Of a stretch of DNA of 64,000 nt, positions 10,341 through 19,778 are shown piece by piece (positions within the stretch are counted from its first letter, which is position 1; each line of letters starts with the position of its first letter). This stretch comes from a virus. Under the pieces are notes generated by a model. The model was not told the DNA's origin. It made no database searches and saw only the letters and a program-made list of their open reading frames with translations. The position numbers and the translations under genes are program-made. The stretch is from positions 6,855 to 70,854 of the IMG/VR virus record IMGVR_UViG_3300003322_000414. One strand, 5' to 3'.

Positions 10341-10987
10341 GGATCATCGTCGCTGCGTCTGGCAGCCAGAGCAAGTGGGGACGACATCTTGGCGTCCCGT
10401 CGCACTTCGCTCCGCTGACACGCCACGGTGGACAGCCGCTCATCGAGCGAACCCTGTCCCAGCTCTCCGCGTACGGCCACGAGGTGCACGTCCTCACACC
10501 GAACGACCCGGCTTACGTCGGACTGCCGGCAACTCGACACATCATCCAGGAGTACAAGCAGAGCGAGTTCGAGGCCAGCCGTCCGCTGTGGGACACAGAG
10601 GGCCGGACGATCCTGTTCCTGGGCGACGTGTACTTCAGCGACCAGGCCATCGAGCGCATCATGCTGTTCGCCAAGCGACAGTACATGGCGTTCGGCCGGT
10701 TCGGTCCGAGCAAGATCACGGGCACGCCGTACGGCGAGCTGTTCGCCGCCACCTGGTATGGCGAGCACATCGAGCAGATGGACAGGCATCTCCTCAACGT
10801 GCACAAGCTGCGAGCCGAGGGCAAGGTCACGCGTCCGCCGGGCTGGATGCTCCTGCGCTCCTGGCAGGGAACGCCCATCGCTCGTCACAAGGTGACGCCC
10901 AAGCACTTCATCGAGATCAACGACGAGACCGACGACATCGACTTTCCGGTGGACTACGAGCGCCACCCCGCAACGAGGAGCAACTGA
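10337..10987 (+). CDS. nucleotidyltransferase / GT-A-fold sugar enzyme
   Basis: IIVAASGSQSKWG..P...PLIERTL, ILFLGDVYF and DIDFPVDY resemble NTP-transferase motifs; ATGA overlap with the previous gene. Confidence 0.6.
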   Translation: MRIIVAASGSQSKWGRHLGVPSHFAPLTRHGGQPLIERTLSQLSAYGHEVHVLTPNDPAYVGLPATRHIIQEYKQSEFEASRPLWDTEGRTILFLGDVYFSDQAIERIMLFAKRQYMAFGRFGPSKITGTPYGELFAATWYGEHIEQMDRHLLNVHKLRAEGKVTRPPGWMLLRSWQGTPIARHKVTPKHFIEINDETDDIDFPVDYERHPATRSN

Positions 10988-11637
10988 TGGGCAGCGTGTT
11001 CGTGGACTTCCCGAGCCTGGTGACCAACCTCGGCATCGAGCCGACCCACATCATCCACGTGGGTGCACACCGGGGCGAGGAGGTGGAGTTCTACAAGCAG
11101 GCCAACGCCGGACACATCACCCTGGTCGAGCCGATCCCGGAACTGGCCGAGCTCCTGCGCGACCGGTACGAGCTGGACCCGACGGTCACGGTCGTTGAGA
11201 GCGCCTGTGGTCCCGCCCCGACCACCGCCACGCTGAACATCATGCGGAAGACGAACCTGTCAACTCTGCACGAGCCGCAGAAGTCGGACCTGCTCGACCG
11301 CGTGATCCAGGTCTCCGTGGTCCGGCTCGACTCCATCCAGGGCGACGCCAACGTGGCCGTGATCGACGCGCAGGGCCTGGAGCTCGACGTGCTCGGAGCG
11401 GCCGACCTCACCAAGTTCGACCTGATCATCGCCGAGTGCTGCACCAAGGACGACCCGACGATCGCCGTCGGCTACGACGCCATGGTGGAGTTCATGGACG
11501 TCCACGGGTTCCGCGAGGCCAACAAGTGGTCGCGGGACTATCAGTGGATCAACAAGTGGTCGCGAGGCAGCCGAGCCCGCTTCCACAAGGGCAGCGGTGC
11601 CGTGTACGACGCCGCGTTCATCAAGCAGGAGGACTGA
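10987..11637 (+). CDS. FkbM-family SAM-dependent methyltransferase
   Basis: IIHVGAHRGEE, LVEP, VIDAQGLELDVL motifs; translationally coupled to the previous gene. Confidence 0.8.
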   Translation: MGSVFVDFPSLVTNLGIEPTHIIHVGAHRGEEVEFYKQANAGHITLVEPIPELAELLRDRYELDPTVTVVESACGPAPTTATLNIMRKTNLSTLHEPQKSDLLDRVIQVSVVRLDSIQGDANVAVIDAQGLELDVLGAADLTKFDLIIAECCTKDDPTIAVGYDAMVEFMDVHGFREANKWSRDYQWINKWSRGSRARFHKGSGAVYDAAFIKQED

Positions 11638-11855
11638 TGGACAACATCACGAAGGTGGACGCCTTCTGGGCTGTTCTTCTTCTGGCCGGAGCCGCCTACG
11701 AGCTCGTGGCCATCCGGCGTCGCAAGTGGAAGGCGACCCTGTCCCAGACCACTCGGCGCTGGTTCTTCACCGACACGGTCGTCGGCCGGTGGGTGTTCGG
11801 CGTCGCCTGGGTCGGCTTCTCCGGCTGGTACCTCTGGCACATCCTGTGGCAGTAA
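11637..11855 (+). CDS. small membrane protein
   Basis: 72 aa, two hydrophobic helices, coupled TGATG start. Confidence 0.6.
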   Translation: MDNITKVDAFWAVLLLAGAAYELVAIRRRKWKATLSQTTRRWFFTDTVVGRWVFGVAWVGFSGWYLWHILWQ

Positions 11856-11868
11856 TTTCTGGAGAGAG

Positions 11869-11898
11869 GTTTTGAACGGACTGGACATGGGGTAAAGT
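11869..11898 (+). promoter_or_regulatory. early-type promoter (GTTTTG-N18-TAAAGT)
   Basis: Same -10, spacer and downstream TTCTT..GTAAG as the promoters at 42.7-47 kb; followed by the CCCCAAGGAGG RBS. Confidence 0.65.
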
Positions 11899-11940
11899 TC
11901 TTCTTGTAAGGACGACAACGAAGCCCCAAGGAGGCTCCCC

Positions 11941-12462
11941 ATGGACCGCACCGAGTTCGAGAACGCTGCTTACTCCGGCTACGTCTCTCGCGGCATCGGC
12001 GACACCGACGGCTGGTTCCACCCGATCGACCGCACCGCCTTCGTGGACGCCATGCGTCTCCGTCTCCCGGTCGCCCCGGAGGACTTCAGCCGGTACAACG
12101 ACACCGAGTTCCGCCCGACCCAGGAGCAGTGCGACGAGTACAACCGCTCCTTCGGCGGCAAGCCGAAGAGCCTGCGCCTCGCGGTCCGCACGGACAAGGG
12201 CTGGAGGACGGTCGAGGTTGCCGGCACGAAGGACGCCCACGAGGTTCTGTCCCGACTCGCCGCCACGGTCGGCTGGCTGGAGGCTCGCCTGGAGGACTAC
12301 GTGATGCTGGACACCTACACCTGGGTCCCGCAGATCCGGATGCTCTTCGGCTCCTTCTGCAAGGGCAACGTCGCCATCACGGACCGCAAGAAGCAGCGCC
12401 TGGGAGACCGGTTCGGCAAGTTCGCCGAGCTCCTCCAGTACAGCGAGACCCACGAGCTGTAA
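11941..12462 (+). CDS. hypothetical protein in a stand-alone promoter-gene-terminator cassette
   Basis: CCAAGGAGG RBS, own promoter, downstream hairpin. Confidence 0.75.
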   Translation: MDRTEFENAAYSGYVSRGIGDTDGWFHPIDRTAFVDAMRLRLPVAPEDFSRYNDTEFRPTQEQCDEYNRSFGGKPKSLRLAVRTDKGWRTVEVAGTKDAHEVLSRLAATVGWLEARLEDYVMLDTYTWVPQIRMLFGSFCKGNVAITDRKKQRLGDRFGKFAELLQYSETHEL

Positions 12463-12478
12463 GGGTCCGGAAACACAG

Positions 12479-12512
12479 AGAGCCCCGCCTCCCGGAAGGG
12501 AAGCGGGGCTCT
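12479..12512. terminator. hairpin terminator between convergent genes
   Basis: AGAGCCCCGC / GCGGGGCTCT 10-bp inverted repeat. Confidence 0.6.
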
Positions 12513-12652
12513 TCTGCGTCCGGGGTTCGGACGGTTCGCCGAGACGATGCCGGCAAGGCGGCTCGCTGGCCGCGTAACGAGAGCGCGGGGTCGGTCCGGC
12601 CCCTTGGCCCACCGACCCCGCGCCGCTCAGCGAGACGCCCAGCGAGGGATTC

Positions 12653-14488
12653 TCAGCTGTTGTTGAACACCAGAGGCAGGTGCTTGGACATCTGCGGGAT
12701 CGGTCCGCGGATCAGCACCCGACGGAACCGGCCGTCGCACACGACCACCTTGCCCCGGTCCTCGGAGGACCGCAGGAGGCGACCGATGCCCTGGACGAGC
12801 CGGGTGTGCATGCACTCGTTGCTGTACGAGAACTGTGCATCCCGCGTCTTCCCACCGATCGCGTTGTGCAGGAGCGTCGGAACGGAGTAGGGCATCTTCC
12901 AGATGGCCACCAGCGAGAGCGCCGGACCGGCGACGTCAACGCCCTTCCAGAAGCTCTCCACGCCCACGAGGATGGCGTTACCGTCGTTGCGGAACGCCTC
13001 GATGAGGGCGGGGTTCCCGGCCGTGTTGCCGGGCTCCTGGCACAGCACGAGACGCCGACCCTGGTACCGCTTGGCGGCCAGGTTGTACAGCCGATCGGCG
13101 TCCGCGTTGGACGTGGCCAGGATCAGCACGCCGCCTTCGGTGTTGTCGATGTGCTCGGCGAGGAAGTCCCAGCGCTGGTCGAACCAGCCCCGGTTCTGCC
13201 AGTCGCCGGGGTCCATGCCGGCATCCACGACGACGCCCTCGCAGTTGTTCCTCCAGTCGAACATCTGCGGGATGAAGTCCGGCTTGGCCGTGTGGTAGCC
13301 GGTCCGACGCGGCAGGGACGCCGGGACCGTCGCCGAGATCATCTTGGGCTGCCAGGTGCGACAGGCGTTCTGCACGTGGATGCCGACGTTGAGCACATCC
13401 CAGTGGATGCCACTCGGGTCGATCCAGGTCAGGCCGAAGCCGTCGTCCCACTCCTGCTTCTCGGACACCTTCATGGCGTCGATGCGCCGGTCCAGGAAGC
13501 CCATCGCGGTCTCGACCTCGTCCGGGTCCAGGTCCTCCAGCTCGGACAGCTTGGGGTCGTTCTTGACCTCCTCACGGAGCGAACGCAGGATGGCCAGCAC
13601 CTCGCCACGCTCTGCATCGTTCAGCGCCCGGTCCTTGAGACGCTTGGAGGGCTGCTTGGCGTCGGCCGACCGGCCCTCGGCGATCTCGCTCTGGATGTAC
13701 TTGTCCACGACGTCCTTGATCCCGTCCTGCAGGATCTTGGACAGGTCCGGACCCAGAGCACGGCCGGACGTCGGCGTGAGCTCCCAGCCCAGCGAGGAGC
13801 GCACCGTCTCGGGGAGCTGCTGCGCCTCGTCCACGTACGACTGGCCGAACGGGATGAGCTGGACCGCGCCATCGGTCTGGTCGTACAGCGTGGAGTTGAT
13901 CAGCCACAGCGACGTGTTGGTGAGGACGATGTCGGCCTCGTGGGAGAGCAGCCGGGCTCGCTTGGCCCAGCAGATGCCTCCGTCGTGTGCGCAGTCCTCG
14001 CGCATGCAGACGCCTTCGCCTGCACAGGAGACGCAGCGCCCACCACCGTTGCACGGGTTGATGACGCCGTCGATGGGCTTGGCCTTCTCCGGGCCACGCA
14101 TCCGCCCGGCCTCGACGCACGCCTGCATCATGGCGATGTACTCGCGGCTGTTCTCGTTGTTGGCGGACGCACACGCGTAGTGGCGACGCCCCTTGACGAC
14201 CGCGTACTCGAACCGGCCGGACTGCGCCATGCGGGGCAGGTCCTTCGCGGCGTACTGGTCGAGCAGCGTGTTGTCGGCGGCGATGATGATGCTGTGGTCG
14301 CCCGTCATCTCCGCGTTGGCCGCCGCGATGGCGATGGCGGCGAACGACTTGCCGACTCCGGTCGGAGCCTGGACGAACTTGGCTCCGGAGTCGCTGAGGA
14401 ATCCGATCAGGTCCAGCTGACGCGGCCGAGGAGTGATGCCGGCAGCCTCCATGATCTCCACAGCGGCCTCGTAGACTCCTTGGGTCAT
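12653..14488 (-). CDS. DinG/YoaA-family SF2 helicase
   Basis: QAPTGVGKS, VDEAQ, ISAT, FWKGVDV, QGIGRLLRS..DRG motifs; Cys cluster consistent with an Fe-S domain. Confidence 0.9.
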   Translation of the reverse strand: MTQGVYEAAVEIMEAAGITPRPRQLDLIGFLSDSGAKFVQAPTGVGKSFAAIAIAAANAEMTGDHSIIIAADNTLLDQYAAKDLPRMAQSGRFEYAVVKGRRHYACASANNENSREYIAMMQACVEAGRMRGPEKAKPIDGVINPCNGGGRCVSCAGEGVCMREDCAHDGGICWAKRARLLSHEADIVLTNTSLWLINSTLYDQTDGAVQLIPFGQSYVDEAQQLPETVRSSLGWELTPTSGRALGPDLSKILQDGIKDVVDKYIQSEIAEGRSADAKQPSKRLKDRALNDAERGEVLAILRSLREEVKNDPKLSELEDLDPDEVETAMGFLDRRIDAMKVSEKQEWDDGFGLTWIDPSGIHWDVLNVGIHVQNACRTWQPKMISATVPASLPRRTGYHTAKPDFIPQMFDWRNNCEGVVVDAGMDPGDWQNRGWFDQRWDFLAEHIDNTEGGVLILATSNADADRLYNLAAKRYQGRRLVLCQEPGNTAGNPALIEAFRNDGNAILVGVESFWKGVDVAGPALSLVAIWKMPYSVPTLLHNAIGGKTRDAQFSYSNECMHTRLVQGIGRLLRSSEDRGKVVVCDGRFRRVLIRGPIPQMSKHLPLVFNNS

Positions 14489-14596
14489 TTCGCTAACTCC
14501 CTGTTCTGCATTCTCGCTTGTCGGTCTTTCGGATTAACAGATTTTACCTCAAAGAGGCCGCCGAGGCAAATCACCAGGTCGGCGGCCTCCCGAGGG

Positions 14597-15199
14597 TCAG
14601 GCCGACTTCAGCAGGTCAACCCGGTGCTTGCGGAGCCACATGAGAGCGTGGCGGGTCGCGTCCCTGGCATGGTCCGGACCCGGTGTGTACATCGCCATCA
14701 GCTTCAGGCGCTCGTCGGTCATGACCGACTTGGCGTCTCCAGGCGACTGCCAGTAGGGCTCGAACTTCGCCCTCTCGCCCGATGCCAGCTTCAGGCCACG
14801 CCACAGCTGATAGTCGATCTTGTGTCCGATGCGAACCGGCGACAGGAGCTCGCGCCCCTTGATGGCCGACCGGAGGATGAAGTCCTCGATGACCATGTCG
14901 GCTCGGTCCTGTGCGAACGACCTGTTGGCGAACCATCGGAGGATCTCGAGCGTCTGCTCGTTCTCGCCGCCGCGCAGGCACTCGGCCTGCCAGGCCATCA
15001 GGCACTTCTGCATCGGGATCTTCGGGTCGGCCAGACGATGCGCCGAGTACCAGACGGTACAGATCCCGGTAGAGCCGCCGGGGTCGACGGCCGTGATGGA
15101 GGAGAACGGATCGAGCTCGTCCTCTTCCTCCGCCCTCAGCCTCTGAATCCCGTTGGAGGATCCGGCTGACGGCGCGCTAGTGGCCCAGGACCAGTCCAC
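14597..15199 (-). CDS. RuvC-like Holliday junction resolvase
   Basis: AVDPGGSTG, VIEDF and DHARDA acidic RNase H-fold motifs. Confidence 0.7.
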   Translation of the reverse strand: MDWSWATSAPSAGSSNGIQRLRAEEEDELDPFSSITAVDPGGSTGICTVWYSAHRLADPKIPMQKCLMAWQAECLRGGENEQTLEILRWFANRSFAQDRADMVIEDFILRSAIKGRELLSPVRIGHKIDYQLWRGLKLASGERAKFEPYWQSPGDAKSVMTDERLKLMAMYTPGPDHARDATRHALMWLRKHRVDLLKSA

Positions 15200-15454
15200 T
15201 TAGAGAACTCCCCTCCAGCCGGTTCGAGCGATGTAGTGCCAGCGGAAGATCCTGTCCTTGATGGACAGGTCCTTGTTGCGGTGGATGATCTCGGTCGCGG
15301 ACCCGTGTCCTCCGAGCATGGCCGCGATGGCCTTGAGCTCGCAGGCCAGCTTGGGCCACTCGCCGGGGTCGAAGTCGACGCCCTCTTCGAAGTCCCAGAC
15401 ACCGCCGTCCCAGATGACCACGGGAGCGTTCGTCGCGTTCGACACGGCCCTCAC
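15200..15454 (-). CDS. hypothetical protein
   Basis: Coupled GTG start overlapping the upstream stop. Confidence 0.5.
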   Translation of the reverse strand: MRAVSNATNAPVVIWDGGVWDFEEGVDFDPGEWPKLACELKAIAAMLGGHGSATEIIHRNKDLSIKDRIFRWHYIARTGWRGVL

Positions 15455-15657
15455 AGCGCCCGGTTCCCGATGAGCACCTGCCACATCTTGACCTCGGCGA
15501 TCGAGGCCGGACGGACCATGCCCTGACGCGGGCTGTTGTGCTCCGTGTCCTTCGCGTCGAAGACCAGGTTGACGATCCGAGCGTCCCGGCCCGAGCCGGT
15601 CACGACGAACCCCAGACCAACGCCCACAGCCTTCTCACGGTCGTTGCGCCACTGCAT
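15451..15657 (-). CDS. hypothetical protein
   Basis: AAGG RBS, overlaps the next gene. Confidence 0.5.
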   Translation of the reverse strand: MQWRNDREKAVGVGLGFVVTGSGRDARIVNLVFDAKDTEHNSPRQGMVRPASIAEVKMWQVLIGNRAL

Positions 15658-15669
15658 GATGCCTGCCTT

Positions 15670-16179
15670 TCACTCTCCGTTGAGGAGAGGGTCGTTCTTG
15701 TATATGGCCGCTCCGAACATCTCCGGCACGCCGGTCTCGGAGCGGATCCTCGCCGCCAACTCGCCGTTGCCGGCATACCCGTTGGGCATCGCGTCGATCG
15801 CTGCTGCGATGCCGACGGCCACCAGCTCGGGCATGGACATTCGCCCGCGCGATTCGAGCACCGCGCTGGCCACGCTGTCCATGGCGTCTTCCAGGCAACT
15901 TAGGGCCTGTTCCTCGGACGTCATCTTCCGCCTGTTGCAGTCGTCAATCCCGAGGCCCGACACGCCGTCCCACGAGTCGTCCTTGCTGGAGTTGCAAGGC
16001 TCGCACATGAGCTGCAGATTCCCGAGAGCTCGCGGGTGTCCTCCCTTGGAGAGCGGACGGATGTGGTCAACCGTCAACTCCTCATTGGGGAACTCCTCCT
16101 TGCATCCCTGGCATACCAGACCGAACTTGGCTACGAGCTTGCGCCTGTTCCTGGCAATCCCCTTCTTCGCCATCACCAA
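15670..16179 (-). CDS. HNH endonuclease with an extra helical C-terminal domain
   Basis: CQGC..TVDHIRPLSKGG..NLQLMCEPCNSSK. Confidence 0.85.
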   Translation of the reverse strand: MVMAKKGIARNRRKLVAKFGLVCQGCKEEFPNEELTVDHIRPLSKGGHPRALGNLQLMCEPCNSSKDDSWDGVSGLGIDDCNRRKMTSEEQALSCLEDAMDSVASAVLESRGRMSMPELVAVGIAAAIDAMPNGYAGNGELAARIRSETGVPEMFGAAIYKNDPLLNGE

Positions 16180-16185
16180 CCCTGA

Positions 16186-16386
16186 CTAGTTGTAGCCGAG
16201 GACGACGTTGTCCCCGAGCTCGACCTCGGCGTTGCCGACCTGCTCGATCATGTCGCACAGAGACGCGTGAGCCGCGCCGGTTCGCACGTTGCAGAGAGCG
16301 CAACAGTAACCGACGACGACACCCTTGACCTGCGCCACGCGCTTGCACCCGGAGGTTCGGCACTCACCCTTTTGCATTGCGGGCAT
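16186..16386 (-). CDS. small Cys-rich protein
   Basis: 66 aa with several Cys/His; packed in the operon. Confidence 0.5.
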   Translation of the reverse strand: MPAMQKGECRTSGCKRVAQVKGVVVGYCCALCNVRTGAAHASLCDMIEQVGNAEVELGDNVVLGYN

Positions 16387-16567
16387 CCTCGTTCTCCTTG
16401 TGCTCAGCGCACTCCCAGCCGCCCTCTCCGTCGGCTCGGATCAGGTCGCCCTCCTCGAAGCGCTCGTCGATGCACTCGTAGTGCGAGCACGCACCGCCGT
16501 GGCCCGCGTGGAAGGCCGGTCCCTTCTTGTTCGGCTCCTTGTAGCCGAACGCCATCGTCGGGCTCAT
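16364..16567 (-). CDS. small Zn-ribbon-like protein
   Basis: C..C and ECAEH motifs; 67 aa. Confidence 0.5.
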   Translation of the reverse strand: MSPTMAFGYKEPNKKGPAFHAGHGGACSHYECIDERFEEGDLIRADGEGGWECAEHKENEDARNAKG

Positions 16568-16691
16568 CGGCCGCGTCCGCCCTTCGAACCGGCCCAGAGC
16601 AGGATCACGGCGACTGCGAGCACCATGAGGATGCCCTTGCCCGAGATGCTGGTGCTGCTGTCCTCTGCCGCCAACAGCATGAGAACGGTGT

Positions 16692-16826
16692 TCACTTGAC
16701 TCCTCCGGATGTGATGGCCGCCACCCACATGAAGACGACCAGACCCAACACGAACACGATGCGCCGAACCCAACGTCGCGCCCGGCTGTCGTTCTCGCCG
16801 GGCTCCCAGTCGTAGTCGAACTGCAT
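16692..16826 (-). CDS. small membrane protein
   Basis: 44 aa, single hydrophobic helix; overlapping starts and stops on both sides. Confidence 0.45.
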   Translation of the reverse strand: MQFDYDWEPGENDSRARRWVRRIVFVLGLVVFMWVAAITSGGVK

Positions 16827-17156
16827 CACTGCCTCCAGATCTCTCGCCACTGAACGCGCCCGGTCATCCAGAACCAGAGCATCCGCAGCTTGGTCGGGTA
16901 CCGCCACACGCGGTCGTACGCTCCCAAGTATCCCTCGAACGCTCGGACATGGAAGTACGCCTGACAGCTGTTGCACCAGTAGAGGCCGCCCACCCTCAAG
17001 AGCTCGGGGTCGGGCAAGTGTCCACACTCCTCGTTATGCGGCTTACCAGTCACCAGCCGTTCCTTCCGTCGCACAGCCCGGCGAGCCGGACGAACCAGTG
17101 GATCGGCGACCCACGGAACCTCCAGCACGCCGGGCAGAAGAGCTTGTTGAGCACGA

Positions 17157-17624
17157 TCAGAACTGGCCGGTCGTCATGACGTGGCCGTCCTTGTCGTAGA
17201 CGGTCACGAGACCGTTCTTCGACTTGTAGCAGTCGGCGAAGGCCGAGGCGATCAGCGCGGCGTCCGGGCCGTGCCCGCCGAACGCGCCTCCGCTGTAGTC
17301 GGTCCACGCCTTGGGGTTGTCGAGGATGTCGTTCCAGTCGTCCATGCCGGACAGCTTGACGACGTGCTTGACGGCCTTGACCTCGGTCGGGGTGCCGCCC
17401 TCCTCGACGCACATCTGGAACTCCTGAAGCGGAGTCCGCTTGACCGGCGTCGGCTGCGGGTTGCTGTCGCCCTCTGACGGAGCCTTGGGAGCGGCGTTGG
17501 GAGCCGGGTTGGGCTTGGCGGTCGTACCGCCGTCGTCGGCGCTCGACACGGCGGACGCGACGACACCCAGGGCGACGATGGAGGCGAACCCGATCGCGAA
17601 CGCCTGAACCTTCTTGCTGCTCAC
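17157..17624 (-). CDS. membrane-anchored or secreted protein
   Basis: GTG start coupled to the thyX stop; N-terminal hydrophobic helix, Pro-rich linker, soluble domain. Confidence 0.6.
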   Translation of the reverse strand: MSSKKVQAFAIGFASIVALGVVASAVSSADDGGTTAKPNPAPNAAPKAPSEGDSNPQPTPVKRTPLQEFQMCVEEGGTPTEVKAVKHVVKLSGMDDWNDILDNPKAWTDYSGGAFGGHGPDAALIASAFADCYKSKNGLVTVYDKDGHVMTTGQF

Positions 17625-18673
17625 TTGTTGTCCATTCCCGGCCGACGGCCGATGGTGTGGAACAGCGGCTTGAACGACCGCTGCTCGTCCTTGGCCCAGG
17701 GCTTGTCGCACTGGCCCTCGGGGCTCTCCCAGCCCTGGAAGGTGCACTTGGCACCCATGCGGCCCTGGCCGTTGCACAGGCCGCACTTGCCCTTGGTTCC
17801 GTACACCTCGTCGATGACGACCTCGCCGTCGCCCAGGCACTCGATGCAGAGCGTGCCCGTCTTCTCGCACGAGATCTTGATGTACGGCTCCAGCCACGGG
17901 CTCTGCTCCAGGATGGCCGTGCGCATCTTGCGCATGACGTCGACCATCTCCCACATGAACATGGAGCAGCCCCGGTACGCGAACACGTTGATGAACTCGC
18001 GCACGGTGTAGGTGCACTGGATGAAGTTCACCGTGCCCTCGGGCAGGATGAAGCGCGCGTCCTGGTACGAGATGTCGCGGTCGCACGCGATCTGGTACGC
18101 GTCCCAGGCCGCCTCCGCCGCCTTCTGGAAGGCCGCACGGGCGACAGGGTCCTTCCAGACGGACAGCGGCATGCGAACGTCCGGCCGGTCGCCGTACCAC
18201 GTCGCTCGCTGGCTCTGCTGGTGGAAGGCCGCGTTGCGCGACCGGACCAGCTGATGGGTCAGAGCCCGGCTCGCGTTGAAGACCTGGAAGACGATCGACT
18301 GCGTCTCCAGCGCGGACTGGAGACCGCCCCGCATCATCTCCTCCCAGTCCCTGTCGTCGTCCCCGCCGTCCGGGGCGAGACCGACCGTGGCCCGCGTCGC
18401 GGACGACAGGACCGCCTTGAACAGTTCCTGGTCGACGCCCTGGACGAGCTTGACCTGCAGACCGGCGGTGCCCGTGTAGATGTCGCCGTTGTCCGTCGGC
18501 GAGACGTGCTCGCCGTCGTTGACCGAGTGCTTGTTGAACGCGACGTCGGCCAGCGTGATGTTGCCGTGGTCGTCCGGCTCGTGCACGTAGTGCGCGCTGG
18601 ATCCGAACGGAGCGAACGGCTGCTCCATGCGGTGGTTGTCCAGCCAGGCCGGGATGTTGTTACCGATGCTCAC
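17621..18673 (-). CDS. thyX: FAD-dependent thymidylate synthase-like protein (divergent)
   Basis: SRALTHQLVRSRNAAFHQQSQR, YQDARFILP and TVREF match the ThyX fold; the RHR motif reads RSR; CxxCxGxG Zn-finger insert near the C-terminus. Confidence 0.8.
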   Translation of the reverse strand: MSIGNNIPAWLDNHRMEQPFAPFGSSAHYVHEPDDHGNITLADVAFNKHSVNDGEHVSPTDNGDIYTGTAGLQVKLVQGVDQELFKAVLSSATRATVGLAPDGGDDDRDWEEMMRGGLQSALETQSIVFQVFNASRALTHQLVRSRNAAFHQQSQRATWYGDRPDVRMPLSVWKDPVARAAFQKAAEAAWDAYQIACDRDISYQDARFILPEGTVNFIQCTYTVREFINVFAYRGCSMFMWEMVDVMRKMRTAILEQSPWLEPYIKISCEKTGTLCIECLGDGEVVIDEVYGTKGKCGLCNGQGRMGAKCTFQGWESPEGQCDKPWAKDEQRSFKPLFHTIGRRPGMDNK

Positions 18674-19011
18674 TGATTGCCCTGCTTCCTGATCTCGTCG
18701 ATGATGGCCTCGCCCCACGCCACGAACACTGCGGCGTTCTGCACGACCTCGTCGAACAACTTGCGGAGGTCCGTCTCGGACGCGGCCTCCATGAACTCCT
18801 CGGCGGCGATGGTCAGCCAGTCGTCCTTGCCGGCAGCGTTGTTGGCGTCGCAGATCTGCTTCCACTGGTCCATCAGGACCTTGGCCGCCTCGCTGCCGGT
18901 GCCGTGCGGGTGTCGCTGGACTCCCCACTTCTCGATCTGCTGCTGACGCTCCTTGCGGACGGCCGCCATCATCACGATGTGGTTGCTGTCCAACTGCGGA
19001 GGAGTACCCAT
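18670..19011 (-). CDS. MazG-like all-alpha NTP pyrophosphohydrolase
   Basis: ERQQQIEKWG..IAAEEFMEA..DEVVQNAAV pattern. Confidence 0.65.
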   Translation of the reverse strand: MGTPPQLDSNHIVMMAAVRKERQQQIEKWGVQRHPHGTGSEAAKVLMDQWKQICDANNAAGKDDWLTIAAEEFMEAASETDLRKLFDEVVQNAAVFVAWGEAIIDEIRKQGNQ

Positions 19012-19133
19012 CTGGTTCCGTTCTCTCAGACGCCGTAGACGGCCGCGTAAGCGATCGCGGGGACGGCGTCGGTACCTTCTACCGGCCGACCGGGGTTCGG
19101 TCGGCTCGTTGGCGCGTAGGCCCCTTGCCGGGA

Positions 19134-19778
19134 TCAGCCCTTGTCCGAGGTGATCGTACCCCCGGCCGCGATGCGCTCGATGACCGCCGTCGCGTCCTGC
19201 TCGGACATGCCCACCACCTCGCCCGGGATGGTCGAGATGGGCTGCGTCTTCTCCTCGGACTTCTCCACCGGCAAGTTCACGCGCTGCTCGGGCTTGGGCG
19301 CGGTCGGCCAGGTGATCTTGATGGACTGCGTGGTCTCGCCGTCGGGCGCAACCGGCGCGACCGGGTTCACGACGCGGGCGACCTTGGCCGCCTGGAGCCC
19401 CTGTCCCGTGGCCTTGGCCCGCTCGGGGTTCGGCGGGGCAGGCGTCTCCTGCGTCTGCTCGGCGGGGCTCTCGCCGTACGGCTTGACCTGCTGCGTCCAC
19501 TTCTGCTGGAGAGCCTCGTAGTCCGGCTCCTCCCAGCGCTCCTCGGTGATGGCGACGACGTTGACGATGATCGTCTCCAGGTCGGAGGGCATGATGAACT
19601 GCGTGTGCCCGTTCACGTTGGTGAACTCGATGGCGTAGTCCCGCAGCGACAGGTCCGACTTGGCCTTGCTCTTCAGGTCGTCCAGCTCCCAGCCGGTGTG
19701 CACCTGCTTGTGCTGCGCCCGGTACTGGCGTCCGCTGTGGGCCACGTAGATCAGCTCGACGGTGGCGATCTGGCTCAT
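19134..19778 (-). CDS. hypothetical protein
   Basis: AGGAG RBS, GC3 bias. Confidence 0.65.
   Translation of the reverse strand: MSQIATVELIYVAHSGRQYRAQHKQVHTGWELDDLKSKAKSDLSLRDYAIEFTNVNGHTQFIMPSDLETIIVNVVAITEERWEEPDYEALQQKWTQQVKPYGESPAEQTQETPAPPNPERAKATGQGLQAAKVARVVNPVAPVAPDGETTQSIKITWPTAPKPEQRVNLPVEKSEEKTQPISTIPGEVVGMSEQDATAVIERIAAGGTITSDKG

Noticed and set aside
12680-15169. Long antisense ORFs (for example 829, 1111, 667, 819 and 654 aa) opposite real genes
   Set aside because: Expected shadow ORFs in high-GC DNA with strong GC3 bias; no motifs or RBS
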